Positions 12,938-26,100 of a stretch of 64,000 nucleotides of DNA are shown here, one piece after another (position 1 is the first letter of the stretch; every line of letters starts with the position of its first letter). The notes below the pieces were generated by a model that was given only the letters and a program-made list of their open reading frames with translations, searched no databases and was not told the origin of the DNA. The DNA comes from Paragordius varius (Eukaryota > Animalia > Nematomorpha), in contig OZ176059.1 of the NCBI GenBank assembly GCA_964247055.1, positions 2,170,001 through 2,234,000 of the forward strand. The letters are read 5' to 3'. A program made the translations under genes and the position numbers.

Positions 12938-13085
12938 TTGAAAGATATGACCCACGAAGGAATCGTTGGACAGGTGTGGCTAGTATGCATAAAAAGCGTA
13001 AGCATTTAGGCGCAGTTCCCCACAACGGTTTTATTTATGCCGTTGGGGGTAGGGATGAAACTAGTGAGCTTGATTGCGTTGAACG
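12938..13085 (+). CDS. KLHL20: KLHL20 exon: Kelch 4-5
   Basis: tag|(V)[48 protein letters not shown]|gt. Confidence 0.93.
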
Positions 13086-13917
13086 GTATTTTATAAATAA
13101 AATTGAAAATATTGCAAATTTTTTTATAATTTATGATATTTAAAAATATATAAAGTTACATCATATTTTCATAGATTTATAAAGTTATATCATATAATCT
13201 TTGATATAGTTTATTATAATTTGTTTTTTTATTAATTAATTAATACTATCTCCTTAAATATATTGTTTTAATAATTAGAAAGTTAGAAAGATATTGCAAG
13301 TTTTTTTTAATTATTGCCGAATAGCATATACAACAGAGGGGGCAGTATTATTGGCTTATAGTTATTTTTTACTTTTTACTATTATTAGCCAATAATAATT
13401 CCTTTGGCTGCACCTTTATACTATTTGACAATAATTTATAACTTTCTAGCAATGTATACTTACTTATACTGTAAAACTATTACCTTATATATGGCTTATG
13501 ATTTAAATATTTTTTTTAATAATAAAAAAGTTTATAAACAAAAATAATTGAAAGGGAAATCAAATATGAAGGGTGGTATTAAAGAGTTTTTTTTGGCAAA
13601 TTTATATATATTCAATAGTATAGTAATAGAAAAAATAAATTTAACTATTTGTTATTTGATTTTTTGCCAATATGTATTGCTTTTAAAAAAGTTAAAATAT
13701 TCAATTATTGTAAAAAATTGAACTTTTTGTTTTGTTTTACTCACGCACTGTCATTATATAAATACTTTCACAATTTTTACCTTAATCCTCCGTGTGATAT
13801 TCTATTTTTATCACCAATTTAATTACTATATGCTAAAATCTTTTTTTAAAGAAATATGAATGAATTTTATATGTTTTTCTTTTTAAATTTTTGATAATTT
13901 TTTTTATCAATATTTAG

Positions 13918-13978
13918 ATATGATCCTAACACTAATACATGGTCTATGTTACCATCTATGAATTCTAGACGTAGTGGG
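13918..13978 (+). CDS. KLHL20: KLHL20 exon: Kelch 5 end
   Basis: tag|(R)YDPNTNTWSMLPSMNSRRSG|gtatat. Confidence 0.9.
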
Positions 13979-14064
13979 GTATATATATATAATATAATAA
14001 AAATAAAAAAATTCCAAAAATAAAATTTTAACAAAAATAATTTTTTAAACTTTTGAATGAATTA

Positions 14065-17000
14065 CAGTATGCATTTTAATGTATGTTCAATAATTTTATT
14101 GCCAGTCGAATAACATAAATGGTTTATCCAATGCGTAAAATACTGACCCACGAAATTATTTCGTAGTACTCATATGAAAGAGGATTGACGTGAGAATTAA
14201 CATAGGCTTTAATTTGATGGATATTTTGTAATGTTAAATTTTGAGAATATTATAGCAATTTATGTTAACATTTGTAATATTGTTGTTACGTATTTAGATG
14301 CGGAATTTAATGGGTTTTTATCTTTGATAAATTAATAAATATAAAATACGTATTTTAAGATTTTTTATGTTAAATTTTCCTATTAATAATAAATATTTTT
14401 CAACATGCTAAATACCTTTATTAATCAATATTGGTATTATAATTTTATAGAGTTGTTATTACTAATTAAAAAAACACAGGTAAATATATATTTGTGAAAA
14501 TTTAAATAGATTTTAGATTTTTGTCTTTTATGTTTTGCATTGTTAATTATTAATAATTTTTAAGTATTTCAGACATTTTTAGGTAAATATTCGGTTTTTA
14601 AATTTAGTCAAATTTAATTTTTTTGTTTTTTATGTAACATTACATATTTTGGACATTATTATAAATACAGGTAAAAATTGGGGTTTTTAAATTTAGTAAA
14701 AATTTAGTTTTTTTTTGTTTTTTAGGTTTTGCATTGTTAATTGTAATTAATTACTACATATTTTGGACATTATTAGAAATACAGGTAAAAATTGCGGTTT
14801 TTAATAAATTTAGTAAAAATTTAACATTCGTATTTTGTATCATTGTTACCTGTTATTAATTACTAAACATTTTGGACATTAAAAAAACAGGTGAAAATTG
14901 CGGTTTTTAATAAATTAATAAAATTTTTAATTTTTTGTTTAACCTTGCTAATTTATTAATTACTATATATTTTTGATACATTGATATATAGGTAAAAATT
15001 ACTATCATTTGCGGTTTTTTAAATTTTTAGGAAAATTATTTTTTTTGTTTTACATTGTAATATATTAAATATAGTTAACATATCTATGCATACAGGTAAA
15101 TATGCATGTTGCGGTTTTATGTTTGACATTTTATTTATCAAAATCCAACTATGTACATTTTAACAAACACCTTATGTCACCAAAGATTGAAAATAAGATA
15201 AGAATAAAACATCTTTAAAGTATCTGAATATCGCCAAATATAAATATATTTATTTAAATCATAAATGCATAATTATACAAAATATTCATAATATTATGTT
15301 TAAAATTAGCATTCTTCTTATTGATATTAATACAGGTAATTTCTTTCTAATATTGATATACGATGCGGTGCGTTCATGATGATCATATCTTAGGTAGATT
15401 CTATCATCTAAAATATAAGATAGAAAGGTATTTATTAATATATTAGAAAATTGATACCTGGATTCTAGAAGTATTTTTATCATAATTTTAAATATTGGGG
15501 GCAAAAACATTCAAAGTATGAAAGGAAACTAAATAAGGTTGACTTGGCTTTTTAACAAATTTGCAAAAAAATATTTTCTTCATGATAAAAAAATTCAAAA
15601 ATGATATTTTATGTTTTTGCCTTTTCGTTTAACTATCCTAAACCATAAATATGATATTCTTCACCAAAGCAATCAATGTTAGTGTGCCTGCTTAGTTTTT
15701 GGAGTGCTGTTGCATTCAAAGCTTTTGAAAAAAAATATTTGTTTCTATTTTCTATTTGACGTCATGGGTGATATCATATAGTCCTTTTTTATAGTTTGGG
15801 ATGGTAGAACGAAAACGCAAAAAATAAAAAGTATCATTTTTGAATTTTTTATCATGAAGAAAATATTTTTTTGCAAATTTAGTTGTTACAAGTCAACCTT
15901 ATTTAGTTTCTTTTCATACTTTAAATGTTTTTGCCCCCAATATTTAAAATTATGATAAAAATACTTCTAGAATCCAGGTATCAATTTTCTAATATATTAA
16001 TAAATACCTTTCTATCTTATATTTTAGATGATAGAATCTACCTAAGATATGATCATCATGAACGCACCGCATCGTATATCAATATTAGAAAGAAATTACC
16101 TGTATTAATATCAATAAGAAGAATGCTAATTTTAAACATAATATTATGAATATTTTGTATAATTATGCATTTATGATTTAAATAAATATATTTATATTTG
16201 GCGATATTCAGATACTTTAAAGATGTTTTATTCTTATCTTATTTTCAATCTTTGGTGACATAAGGTGTTTGTTAAAATGTACATAGTTGGATTTTGATAA
16301 ATAAAATGTCAAACATAAAACCGCAACATGCATATTTACCTGTATGCATAGATATGTTAACTATATTTAATATATTAGTTATCAATGTAAAACAAAAAAA
16401 ATAATTTTCCTAAAAATTTAAAAAACCGCAAATGATAGTAATTTTTACCTATATATCAATGTATCAAAAATATATAATAATTAATAAATTAGCAAGGTTA
16501 AACAAAAAATTAAAAATTTTATTAATTTATTAAAAACCGCAATTTTCACTTGTTTTTTTAGTGTCCAAAATGTTTAGTAATTAATAACAAATAACAATGA
16601 TACAAAATACGAATGTTAAATTTTTACTAAATTTATTAAAAACCGCAATTTTTACCTGTATTTATAATAATGTCCAAAATATGTAATAATTAATTACCAT
16701 TAACAATGCAAAACCTAAAAAAACAAAAAAAAACTAAATTTTTACTAAATTTGTTAAAAACCGCAATTTTTACCTGTATTTATAATAATGTCCAAAATAT
16801 GTAATAATTTATTACCATTAACAATGCAAAACCTAAAAAACAAAAAAAAACTAAATTTTTACTAAATTTGTTAAAAACCGCAATTTTTACCTGTATTTAT
16901 AATAATGTCCAAAATATGTAATAATTAATTACCATTAACAATGCAAAACCTAAAAAACAAAAAAAACTAAATTTTTACTAAATTTGTTAAAAACCGCAAT

Positions 17001-17820
17001 TTTTACCTGTATTTATAATAATGTCCAAAATATGTAATAATTAATTACCATTAACAATGCAAAACCTAAAAAACAAAAAAAAACTAAATTTTTACTAAAT
17101 TTGTTAAAAACCGCAATTTTTACCAGTATTTTTAATAATGTCCAAAATATGTAATAATTAATTACCATTAACAATGCAAAACCTAAAAAACAAAAAAAAA
17201 CTAAATTTTTACTAAATTTGTTAAAAACCGCAATTACCTGTATTTATAATAATGTCCAAAATATGTAGTAATTGATTACTATTAACAATGTTACATAAAA
17301 AAACAAAAAAATTAAATTTGACTAAATTTAAAAACCGAATATTTACCTGAAAATGTCTGAAATACTTAAAAATTATTAATAATTAACAAAACAACATAAA
17401 AGTATTTACCTGGTTTTTTTAATTAGTAATAACAACTCTATAAAATTATAATACCAATATTGATTAATAAAGGTATTTAGCATGTTGAAAAATATTTATT
17501 ATTAATAGGAAAATTTAACATAAAAAAAAAATACGTATTTTACTATTTATTAATTTATCAAAGATAAAAACCCATATAATTCCGCATCTAAATACGTAAC
17601 AACAATATTACAAATGTTAACATAAATTGCTATAATATTCTCAAAATTTAACATTACAAAATATTCATCAAATTAAAGCCTATGTTAATTCTCACGTCAA
17701 TCCTCTTTCATATGAGTACTACGAAATAATTTTGTGAGTCAGTATTTTACGCATTGGATAAACTATTTATGTTATTCGACTGGAAATAAAATTACTGAGC
17801 ATACATTAAAATGCATACTG
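14065..17820. mobile_element. 3.76-kb foldback element with long inverted arms
   Basis: TA|CAGTATGCATTTTAATG ... CATTAAAATGCATACTG|TA; arms ~14065-15660 and ~15770-17820; identical mirror ORFs at 15286-15510 and 15925-16149. Confidence 0.9.
16560..17300. repeat. ~117-bp minisatellite within the right foldback arm
   Basis: AAAAACCGCAATT recurs with CCGC at 16643, 16761, 16878, 16994, 17111, 17228. Confidence 0.9.
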
Positions 17821-17826
17821 TAAACA

Positions 17827-17858
<32 letters not shown>

Positions 17859-18082
17859 AAAGACAACCATACTTTAAATCAAATTTTTTCCAAATGTATT
17901 TACAATTATAAAATATATAATTGAGTGTGTTACTATTATACATCTCTATTCCATACTTTGCAATATTTAACAAAATTATTTAAATTTTACAAACTCGATA
18001 TTAAAAAATGGGTCTGTCTTTTAGAAAAAAATATTTGTCTTTATATTTTTACGTTTTGTCCGTATAATTCCAATTTTTACTG

Positions 18083-18123
<41 letters not shown>

Positions 18124-18284
18124 ATTTAAATGCCCCCCCCCCTCTATCAAATATATCATTTTAAGTTAACTCTAAGATATCATCATTAAAACCTTTGTTG
18201 TTCATTTTTTGATAAACTCGAAACGCGAATTCATTAAAAAATTATTTTCCTTAAAAATTTCAAATTTTTTTTAAAATAAATTAG

Positions 18285-18484
18285 GTTGGTTTAGCAGTTA
18301 TAATGGACCATTTAATTGCCGTGGGTGGGTTTGATGGTCGAACTTACCTTAAAACAATCGAAATACTCAATACTAATACCTTAAATGGATTAATCACAAC
18401 TGAAAGTTTTGAATCACACCAAAGTAATAACTTAAGCCAATCGAGTTTCAATATGGATAATAGCAATGAAAATACGAGTTTAAG
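18285..18484 (+). CDS. KLHL20: KLHL20 exon: Kelch 6 plus start of insertion
   Basis: tag|VGLAVIMDHLIAVGGFDGRTYLKTIEILN..ENTSL|gtattt. Confidence 0.9.
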
Positions 18485-19171
18485 GTATTTTTATAAGTTT
18501 TTTATTAAAATGTATATTTATGTTTAAAAAAATGTGGGAATTGTATAAAAATATGTAATTTAATTCGAGAAATAGTAAAACCCTGTATAAAATATTGAAA
18601 ATGATGTTGTTTTGTACAAAAAATATTATTTCTATTTATAAACTTACTATTTATGTAACCAACATTATGTTTTTTAGGATTATCAAATTTTGGGTAAAAG
18701 AAAAAAGAAAATGATTTATATTTTATACTATTGCACAAAATTTATTTCCTAATATGGGTTTATTTTCTTTTTAAAAAATTATTTATATGCGTGAAAAAGC
18801 CTTATAGTTTTTAAGTTGTTTATCGTATATAATAAGGGTAAGGAAAAGTTTATATGGGCACACTTGTAAATATTAATACAATTTTTATACTTTTTTCAAT
18901 CTTTTGGTATTTTATATTTTTTTCTACAAATTCGGATTATTAGAAATAATAATAATTTCAATCATCGTTTGATTTTAAATTTATTTTAATGGTTTTTATT
19001 ACTATTTAAATTTTTATATGATTATTTTTTTAAAGTTTTTTTTATTACTTATTTAAATTTTTGGAGTTTTATATCTTATTACTACGGAATTGTGAAATTT
19101 CTAAACATTTTCTTATTTAATCCTAATTTTTATTTTTTATTATATTTTTTTAGTATCGATTATACTAATAA

Positions 19172-19357
19172 AGTATGCATTTTAATGGTTGCATATTCCA
19201 CTCAATAGTTGGGCATCTGCAAAACAACAGTAGCGTATGGAAAAAAACGCCAAATGTTGAAAAAACTATTCTCTCCTTTATTTTTTTCTATACACTACAG
19301 TATTGCAAATTACCCTACTATAGTGGTGTGAAATAAGCAACCATTAAAATGCATACT
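19172..19357. mobile_element. MITE family D (AGTATGCATTTTAATG termini)
   Basis: Same terminal motif as the 3.76-kb foldback; other copies or fragments ~21725-21956, ~26560, ~51560-51659. Confidence 0.72.
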
Positions 19358-19792
19358 AATAAGTTAAATCATTACTTGTTAAATATTCTAAAATATTATT
19401 CCTTATTCTTTATTTAAATTTGAAAATTTTCAGCTTTTGTAGAAATATTAAATTATATTAAAACCTTATTATTAACCTTTAATATTCTATATTTTGTTAA
19501 CAACTACCTTTTGAGTTTATAATAATCAAATGCCTTTGCTAATAGATTCCATTCTCTAGTTTATTTTAACTTTAATAATATTTTTTTTAATGGTATTATA
19601 CGGATTGTGTTAGAAATGAATACTTTATATCCATACCTATTAAATTTACTTAATTTCATTCTTTATTTCTTATATAAAGGTATATATATTTTTGTTAAAT
19701 TAGTTTTTGTATAGAAAATTTAAAACCCATTTTTATACCTTATTTAAATTATTTTTCTTTATAATAATATTCCTACGTAACGTATATTTTAG

Positions 19793-19983
19793 AAATGATA
19801 ATTCAATTCCATGCTTATTAAATGTAACACCGAATAATGATCTCATACCATTACAACAACAATCTAATTTTTCATTAATCCCTAATACTTTAACCTATGA
19901 CACAAATGCAAATGCAAATTCAACAAATATAAATGTGAATGGTTGGAAATTACATTCTGCCGTTATGAGTTCAAGACGATTGG
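19793..19983 (+). CDS. KLHL20: KLHL20 exon: insertion end and Kelch 6 completion
   Basis: tttag|(R)NDNSIPC..NVNGWKLHSAVMSSRRL|gt; phase fits both neighbours. Confidence 0.85.
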
Positions 19984-20376
19984 GTTTAAAAAAAATACTT
20001 TTTCTAAATTATTTAATTCCGAGTTTTAAAGTTTAAGAACCAAAATCCAAATTTACTAGAGGAGGGGGGGGGGGGGTTAGTTTATAAAATTTCCGAAAAA
20101 TTCAGTAATCGGACTGGACTTAATTTTATCTTTTTTATATTTATTAACCGATTCTCCAATCCTAAAACGGTTATAACTGGACCGATATTTATATTGTAAG
20201 CTTTTTGCTCGAGGATATTGAAATTGTTAATAGGTTACAGCTTATATAACTGTAAAAGAAGCCCTACCTTTTATTTTTTTAATACGATGCGTTAAACATT
20301 ATTTTTCAATTTTAGTTATAAATTTTAGCAGGTAGAGTATAGTAATATATAATATATTTTATATTATTAGACAATA

Positions 20377-20425
<49 letters not shown>

Positions 20426-21000
20426 GATAATCCTTAATATGCCATTTGCAGTTCAAATTCACCCTAATATATTTATTATGTGTTTTCGAACTAAAATAGC
20501 TCATTATTAATATGAAATATATCTTTATGTTATAGTTTATTATTTTTTCAGTATTATTTTAATTTTAAACAAAATTTTATTTTTTAAGATATAAAAAAAT
20601 TATAGGTAATTTTTAATCTTAAAAAACACTTAAAATATTTAAGGGTGAATTTGTTGTTCGAGAATTTAAATTGTTTTAGGGGGAATTTCAGTAGTAAATA
20701 GTATAAGTAGTTGAATTTTGTCGTGTTTGATAAATTACATGAATATATTTATTTTTCATAAAGTAAACCAAAATTAATGAGATACACTATATAATTGAAA
20801 AAAAAGTCAGGGATTAAAAAATGTGTTCTTTTATATTTGCCCAAAAAAATATTTATCCTCTTAGTTTTTTAAAGTTTTTTGTTTTTTATATCCAATATAT
20901 TCTTTTCCGTTTAAAAGAATTAACTAACCATTTAAGGGTAAAAATACTTATTTTTTTAATAAAATGCTTTTTTTCTTATTATATTTATATCTATCTACAG

Positions 21001-21300
21001 GCGGTGGGGTCGGTGTCATAGTATGTCAAACGCCAGATTTGGAAAATGAAATTGACATTTTGAAAACATTACAAGATATAGGACCCACAAATCAAAACAC
21101 CACTTTTTATTATCCCCCCAACAATACTTTTATATCTAATGCAAATTCAAATTGTCGCTTTAAAACTCAAGATCTAAATAATAGTAATATAGAAAATACG
21201 GTGCTTATAAATGAAAAAGTTGGTAATATGAATGATAATGAAACTGTTGAACCCAAGCCTCAACAATCGAATAGCCACCAAGTTTTATCTTGCTTTCAAG
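21001..21300 (+). CDS. KLHL20: KLHL20 exon: GGVGVI and start of C-terminal extension
   Basis: ctacag|(G)GGVGVIVCQTPDLENE..SCFQ|gtaatg. Confidence 0.87.
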
Positions 21301-22062
21301 GTAATGTGTAATGTTTAATATACCATTTACAGTTCAAATTCACCCTTAAACAATTCAAATTCACCCTTGAACAATTCAAAATTACCCTAAAAATAAGTTA
21401 TGTGTTTTTGAACTCTTATTAATATGAAAATATATCTTTATGGCATGGTTTATTAGTTTTTAAATATTATTCTAATTTAAAGCATAATTTTATTTTTTAA
21501 AAATATACAAAAATATAGATAAATTTTAATTTTCAAAAACATATAATTTATTTGAGGGTGAATTTGAGTTGTTTAAGGGTGAATGTGTAATGTTTAGTGT
21601 ATATTTATTGTACTGTTTTTTTGCGTTTTAAGTTTGGGAAATACATAGCGAGAATGTTTATATATATTATATAAAAAAAATTATTTTATACATTCATAAT
21701 TTAAATACCTTTGATTAAAATATGGTATATATTTTAATGCTTGTTTATTTCATACTATAGTTGGACGATTTTCAACACAGTAGTGTATGGAAAACAACAA
21801 CAACACAATATTGAATAAAATAAACAAAGTAATGTAAGAAACGGACGAAATTGTTTATTCAACATTTTGTTGTTTTTTTCCATACACTACTGTGTGTTGC
21901 AAATCGCCCAATTACTATAGTGTGTGTGAAATAAGCAACCATTAAAATGCATACTGTAATAGGTGTCATAAATAAAATATTGTCTATACTAAAAGTTTTG
22001 TATTACAATGAAAAATGTGCATATTAACCTTATTACAACCATTCATTTCCTTTGATAATTAG

Positions 22063-22248
22063 AGCCATCTTTATCAAACAACCATTTAGTATTGGATAAT
22101 AAATTATTAAATTTTCCAAGTAATTCACCTTTGAAAATAAACACAAATGATTCTACTCACAACATATCGGAAAAAACCGATTTGGGACCAGGTACTAGCC
22201 AATTCACCTCGAATATCTTAACTCATTCAAACAGACACCAAATACAAT
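22063..22248 (+). CDS. KLHL20: KLHL20 candidate tail exon (symmetric phase 1-1)
   Basis: tag|(E)PSLSNNHLVLDNKLLNFPSNSPLKINTNDSTHNISEKTDLGPGTSQFTSNILTHSNRHQIQ|gtatat; open frame, composition like neighbouring tail exons. Confidence 0.65.
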
Positions 22249-22800
22249 GTATATTAATTTAAAAGATATTTATGCTATTTTGAGTAATAAGATTTATGAT
22301 TAAATTAGTTTTTTTTGTCTTTTTTTAAATAAAATTCAGTCAAATGCATTGTTTCACTTTGCTGTAATTCTAGTGTCACTAGATTGATATTTAATGCCCA
22401 TAAATATGAATCATTTTTAATTTTTTTATGGTGATTGGTGCGCAGGAGTCATATAAGTTTGTCGCCAATAAACTTTTTTATATATAAAATGCTTATCTTT
22501 TTGTTAAATCCTTTATGAATATAATGCACTGAAATTTTATGTATTTCAATATGGTAGAGAAATATGATTGGTTTAAAGTAATTTCGCTTGCTCTTAGCCA
22601 TTGTTTCAAAAGACAGCCATACCATAATAAACCATCCTATAAAAAACATTTAATTAAAATCGTAAAATACATATTGATCGTATTACCAATTTACATATCT
22701 TATACTTTGTTTATATATGCTATCTGCCCTCGCAATATTTCATGAAAAATAAGCAATTCATATTTTACTCATATCACATGTTACATATTTATTGTTTTAG

Positions 22801-23198
22801 CTAAATATTATCCCCCGAGATTACATGAAACTCCTATTATGAAAAACAAACCCAAAAACACCATTTATCTTAACAATCAACCCGATATGATTAATAAAAG
22901 TATGGCCAACAAAAATATAGGTGGCTCATTACTCTTAAACTCTAACGCACCAAACATAATTATTGAAACAACAACGACGACGGCAGCGGCAACAACCAAT
23001 GTGCAAGCATTGCACATGCCTTCATCAGCTGATCCATTGTCAACCCTGTCTTTAATTGGTCATTCGGATCACGTGATGTCACGTGACCCGAGCACCAATA
23101 ATATTGAACCGGATACGGAGATGAGTGATGATGACTCATTCATTAGTGATGACAACGAGAATACCATGTCTTATTCATCATCATCTGTTTACAGCTGA
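22801..23198 (+). CDS. KLHL20: KLHL20 terminal exon
   Basis: tttag|KYYPPRLHETPIMKNKP..SDDDSFISDDNENTMSYSSSSVYS*; phase-compatible with upstream exon. Confidence 0.75.
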
Positions 23199-26100
23199 TT
23201 TTCGGATTCTATGAATTTTTTGGTTCAGTTGAAATTTTCGCTAATTAAGATAATAGTTTACATATATAAAACACCATGTGATATTTTTATTTATACACAA
23301 TTATTGATTGTTTTTCACGAAATACCAATAGTGGTTTTCTTGGAAGATATAATTTTTGTATTTTTATCTAATTAATAATTTATTGGAAATATTTAAGATT
23401 TTTTAGATCTATTTTTACCAAAATCACTACATTGAGGTGCGTTTTATTCTTATTTTCATAAACACTAGATTTTTTAATATATTAATATTGTATCCATTTT
23501 TTATAATATTATTATATCAAGTATATTTATTGGAAAGCAAAAATAAATTATTTTATTATTGTTGGCTTATTTATAGTTATTTTATGTAATTATATCATAT
23601 ATCCACAAAATCAATTATGGATATAAAATTTTAATTAATAGAAATAATTGTTATATGATCACATTTATAATCCAGAAAATTTCCTGCTAAATTGTAACTT
23701 AAAAGCTGCTAAAGTTAAATTATTTAGATTTTTAACCATAATATACAGTTAATTGCGTGTTGTATCATCGTGATATTTGGATTTTTTGGCAATTTTCAGT
23801 AAAAAAAATATTTTATGCACCTAAAAGGCTAAAAAAGCATATTTTTAAGTTTTGCCCAATGCTAAAAATATTTTTTAAGATATTTAAATATCAAATGGCT
23901 CTGTATAAAACTACCTTAAAGGGTGATGAATTGTGTTCTAAATTTGGCAATAAATATCGAAGCGTATTTTGTGTCATGAAGCAAAGCAAGCCATATCAAT
24001 TATAAAATTCTATGCTTTTAGATATTTATATAATAAAATTAGGTTAAAAATTCGTTTGCCTTAAGTAGTTTTTTGTAGTAATTAATTGAAAATGTGAGGT
24101 GGGATGTTTAAATTAGTTTTAATATATGAAATAGTTTTTATGATATGTTAAAGTGTTTTACTGTTGCCATCATGCTTCAAAATAAATAATTTTCTATATA
24201 ATGTCAAAATTTCATATATAAACATATGTTATTTAAAATAATTTATTTCGATGTTCTAGCGTATATTTATACGGCTCTGTTACTCGAAAAAAACCTTTTT
24301 AGAGGAATCTAAAATATGTATGAGTCTCAAAAAAAGTTACTGGTTTCATTTGCGATTCTTTCATATGGTGTATTATAAATATTATGTTTAAAAAACTTTT
24401 AAGCCTTAAAGCACCTTGAAAATTCTGATAGATTTTCTATCAAAACATATTTATTCTTATTAAATTTAGGATCTCCGATTTTTTGCATCATATAATAGCT
24501 ACAACACCACAGTTTTTAAAATTAAAGCAATTATATGGTGCGGTGTAAGTATGAATGCGCTTATATGTGAAACTGATAATGACTCAACTGTGATGGAAAA
24601 ATAATGAATTTTTTTTATATTTAATACAAATTGTTTTTGAGGAAAATCACGATAAAAGGCAAACTGTTTGAATATCCGATAAATCTAATTTTTTCTGACC
24701 AAGCATTTTAGTATCAAACGGTATAGATAAAAACTGTAAATTAATAGTTATTTTGTCTATATGATATTTTAAATAAAATGCGGCCCTTACAGACATTTAT
24801 TTTGGTATCTTTAGAATATTAGAAATATTTGGAAAAATAATATAGTGTTTGGCACATTTTAGGCATATTACCTAATTTAAAAACATCCCAGGCGTAAACT
24901 ATGAAACCTTACACTTTGATTAAAATTAGGTATCTAAATACTACAATATATATTTAAGATGATTTTAAAAAAATGATGTAAGATACGGTCTCAATTTCAA
25001 TTTATGCTTATTACTTAATAAAAAATATATAAATAAACGATATATCTAGCTTTTCGAAAAAAAGTTCCATCTCAAAGTACTACAACACCATTTTTACAAA
25101 CTATCATGTATATTTAATCGCTAAAATTAAAGATAATCTATAATATAGACACATCTAACATTAATGGATAGAGAAGTGGTTTATTTGTACTATTTTTAAG
25201 TCAGCTAATGCAAACATTTCATGATCAAATATTAACTTTTGTGTTTGTAACTTATGATAAATAATATCAAGTATTTATGAATGATTTTTTTTAAAATTCG
25301 GTTCATTATTGTTATATAAGCGTAAACTTTGCCATGGTTTGATTCATATTTTTTGAAGTATTTATTTTATACAGGCTCAGGGCATCAGAATGACTGAAAA
25401 TGTGTTGTATTCAAGCGTTATTTTATATATATTTATTTAATACATATCATAAATTTTTGGATAAAAGACAAAAAATATTGTTATTAAATACTATGTTACA
25501 TAAACAAGGAATTTATAAATAAATAGCTATAATTTTTTAGCACAAAGTTGTAGTAAGAAGCTTAAGTAATTTTTTATTTAATGTTAGGGTGTATAAATAG
25601 ACAATCTATAAATTTTGTAAAGTGAAAAATATGTTAGGGTGTAAATTTTGCTCGAATATACATTTGATAATAAAATGCATGCGTCTTTTTTAAACCATAA
25701 AATGAACTGAAATTTATTAATTACTATAACTAATAATATTAAGTTTTACCAAAGCAAGTTTAAGATCTCTCTGTGTTGTAGACCAGATTAGTATTAAATT
25801 CATATGGTTTATGAAGTGAATATTTTTTTAGTTTCATATCTCATTAAATATTTTTACTTTATAATTTAAATTTTAATTTATATTTTTATTTTATTTTTAC
25901 GTTTGACAAAGATTACTTGTAGTAATCGAAATATTATAATAAATTTATATTATTTTTGCTGAATTATTCCATATTTAATAATAATGCATATATCAACCTC
26001 ACTCTCAGCAGTAATTTATTTTTATGAGAATATTTCGATATGTCGCTAATATACTTGCAAAATATATATTTATGATAGAATGTGATTACATTGCTAGTTA

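Larger units (their letters stand above)
846..23198 (+). other. KLHL20: KLHL20 (diablo) orthologue gene model, 5'-incomplete; 13 exons, ~898 visible codons
   Basis: Exons 846-1075, 2173-2331, 2688-3051, 4089-4266, 4866-5015, 7601-7734, 12938-13085, 13918-13978, 18285-18484, 19793-19983, 21001-21300, 22063-22248, 22801-23198 all join via GT-AG in consistent phase. The product follows recalled KLHL20 motifs in order ([21 protein letters not shown], GGWCx[24 protein letters not shown], GGFDGxTYLKTIE, RRLGGGVGVI). Confidence 0.95.

Noticed and set aside
15286-16149. Two identical 74-aa ORFs on opposite strands as duplicated genes
   Set aside because: Mirror images within a palindrome, AT-biased composition, no recognisable domain.
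22400-22745. ORFs 22449-22649 (-) and 22539-22745 (+) as a nested gene or transposase remnant
   Set aside because: No recognisable motif; they lie in a KLHL20 intron with chance-ORF composition.
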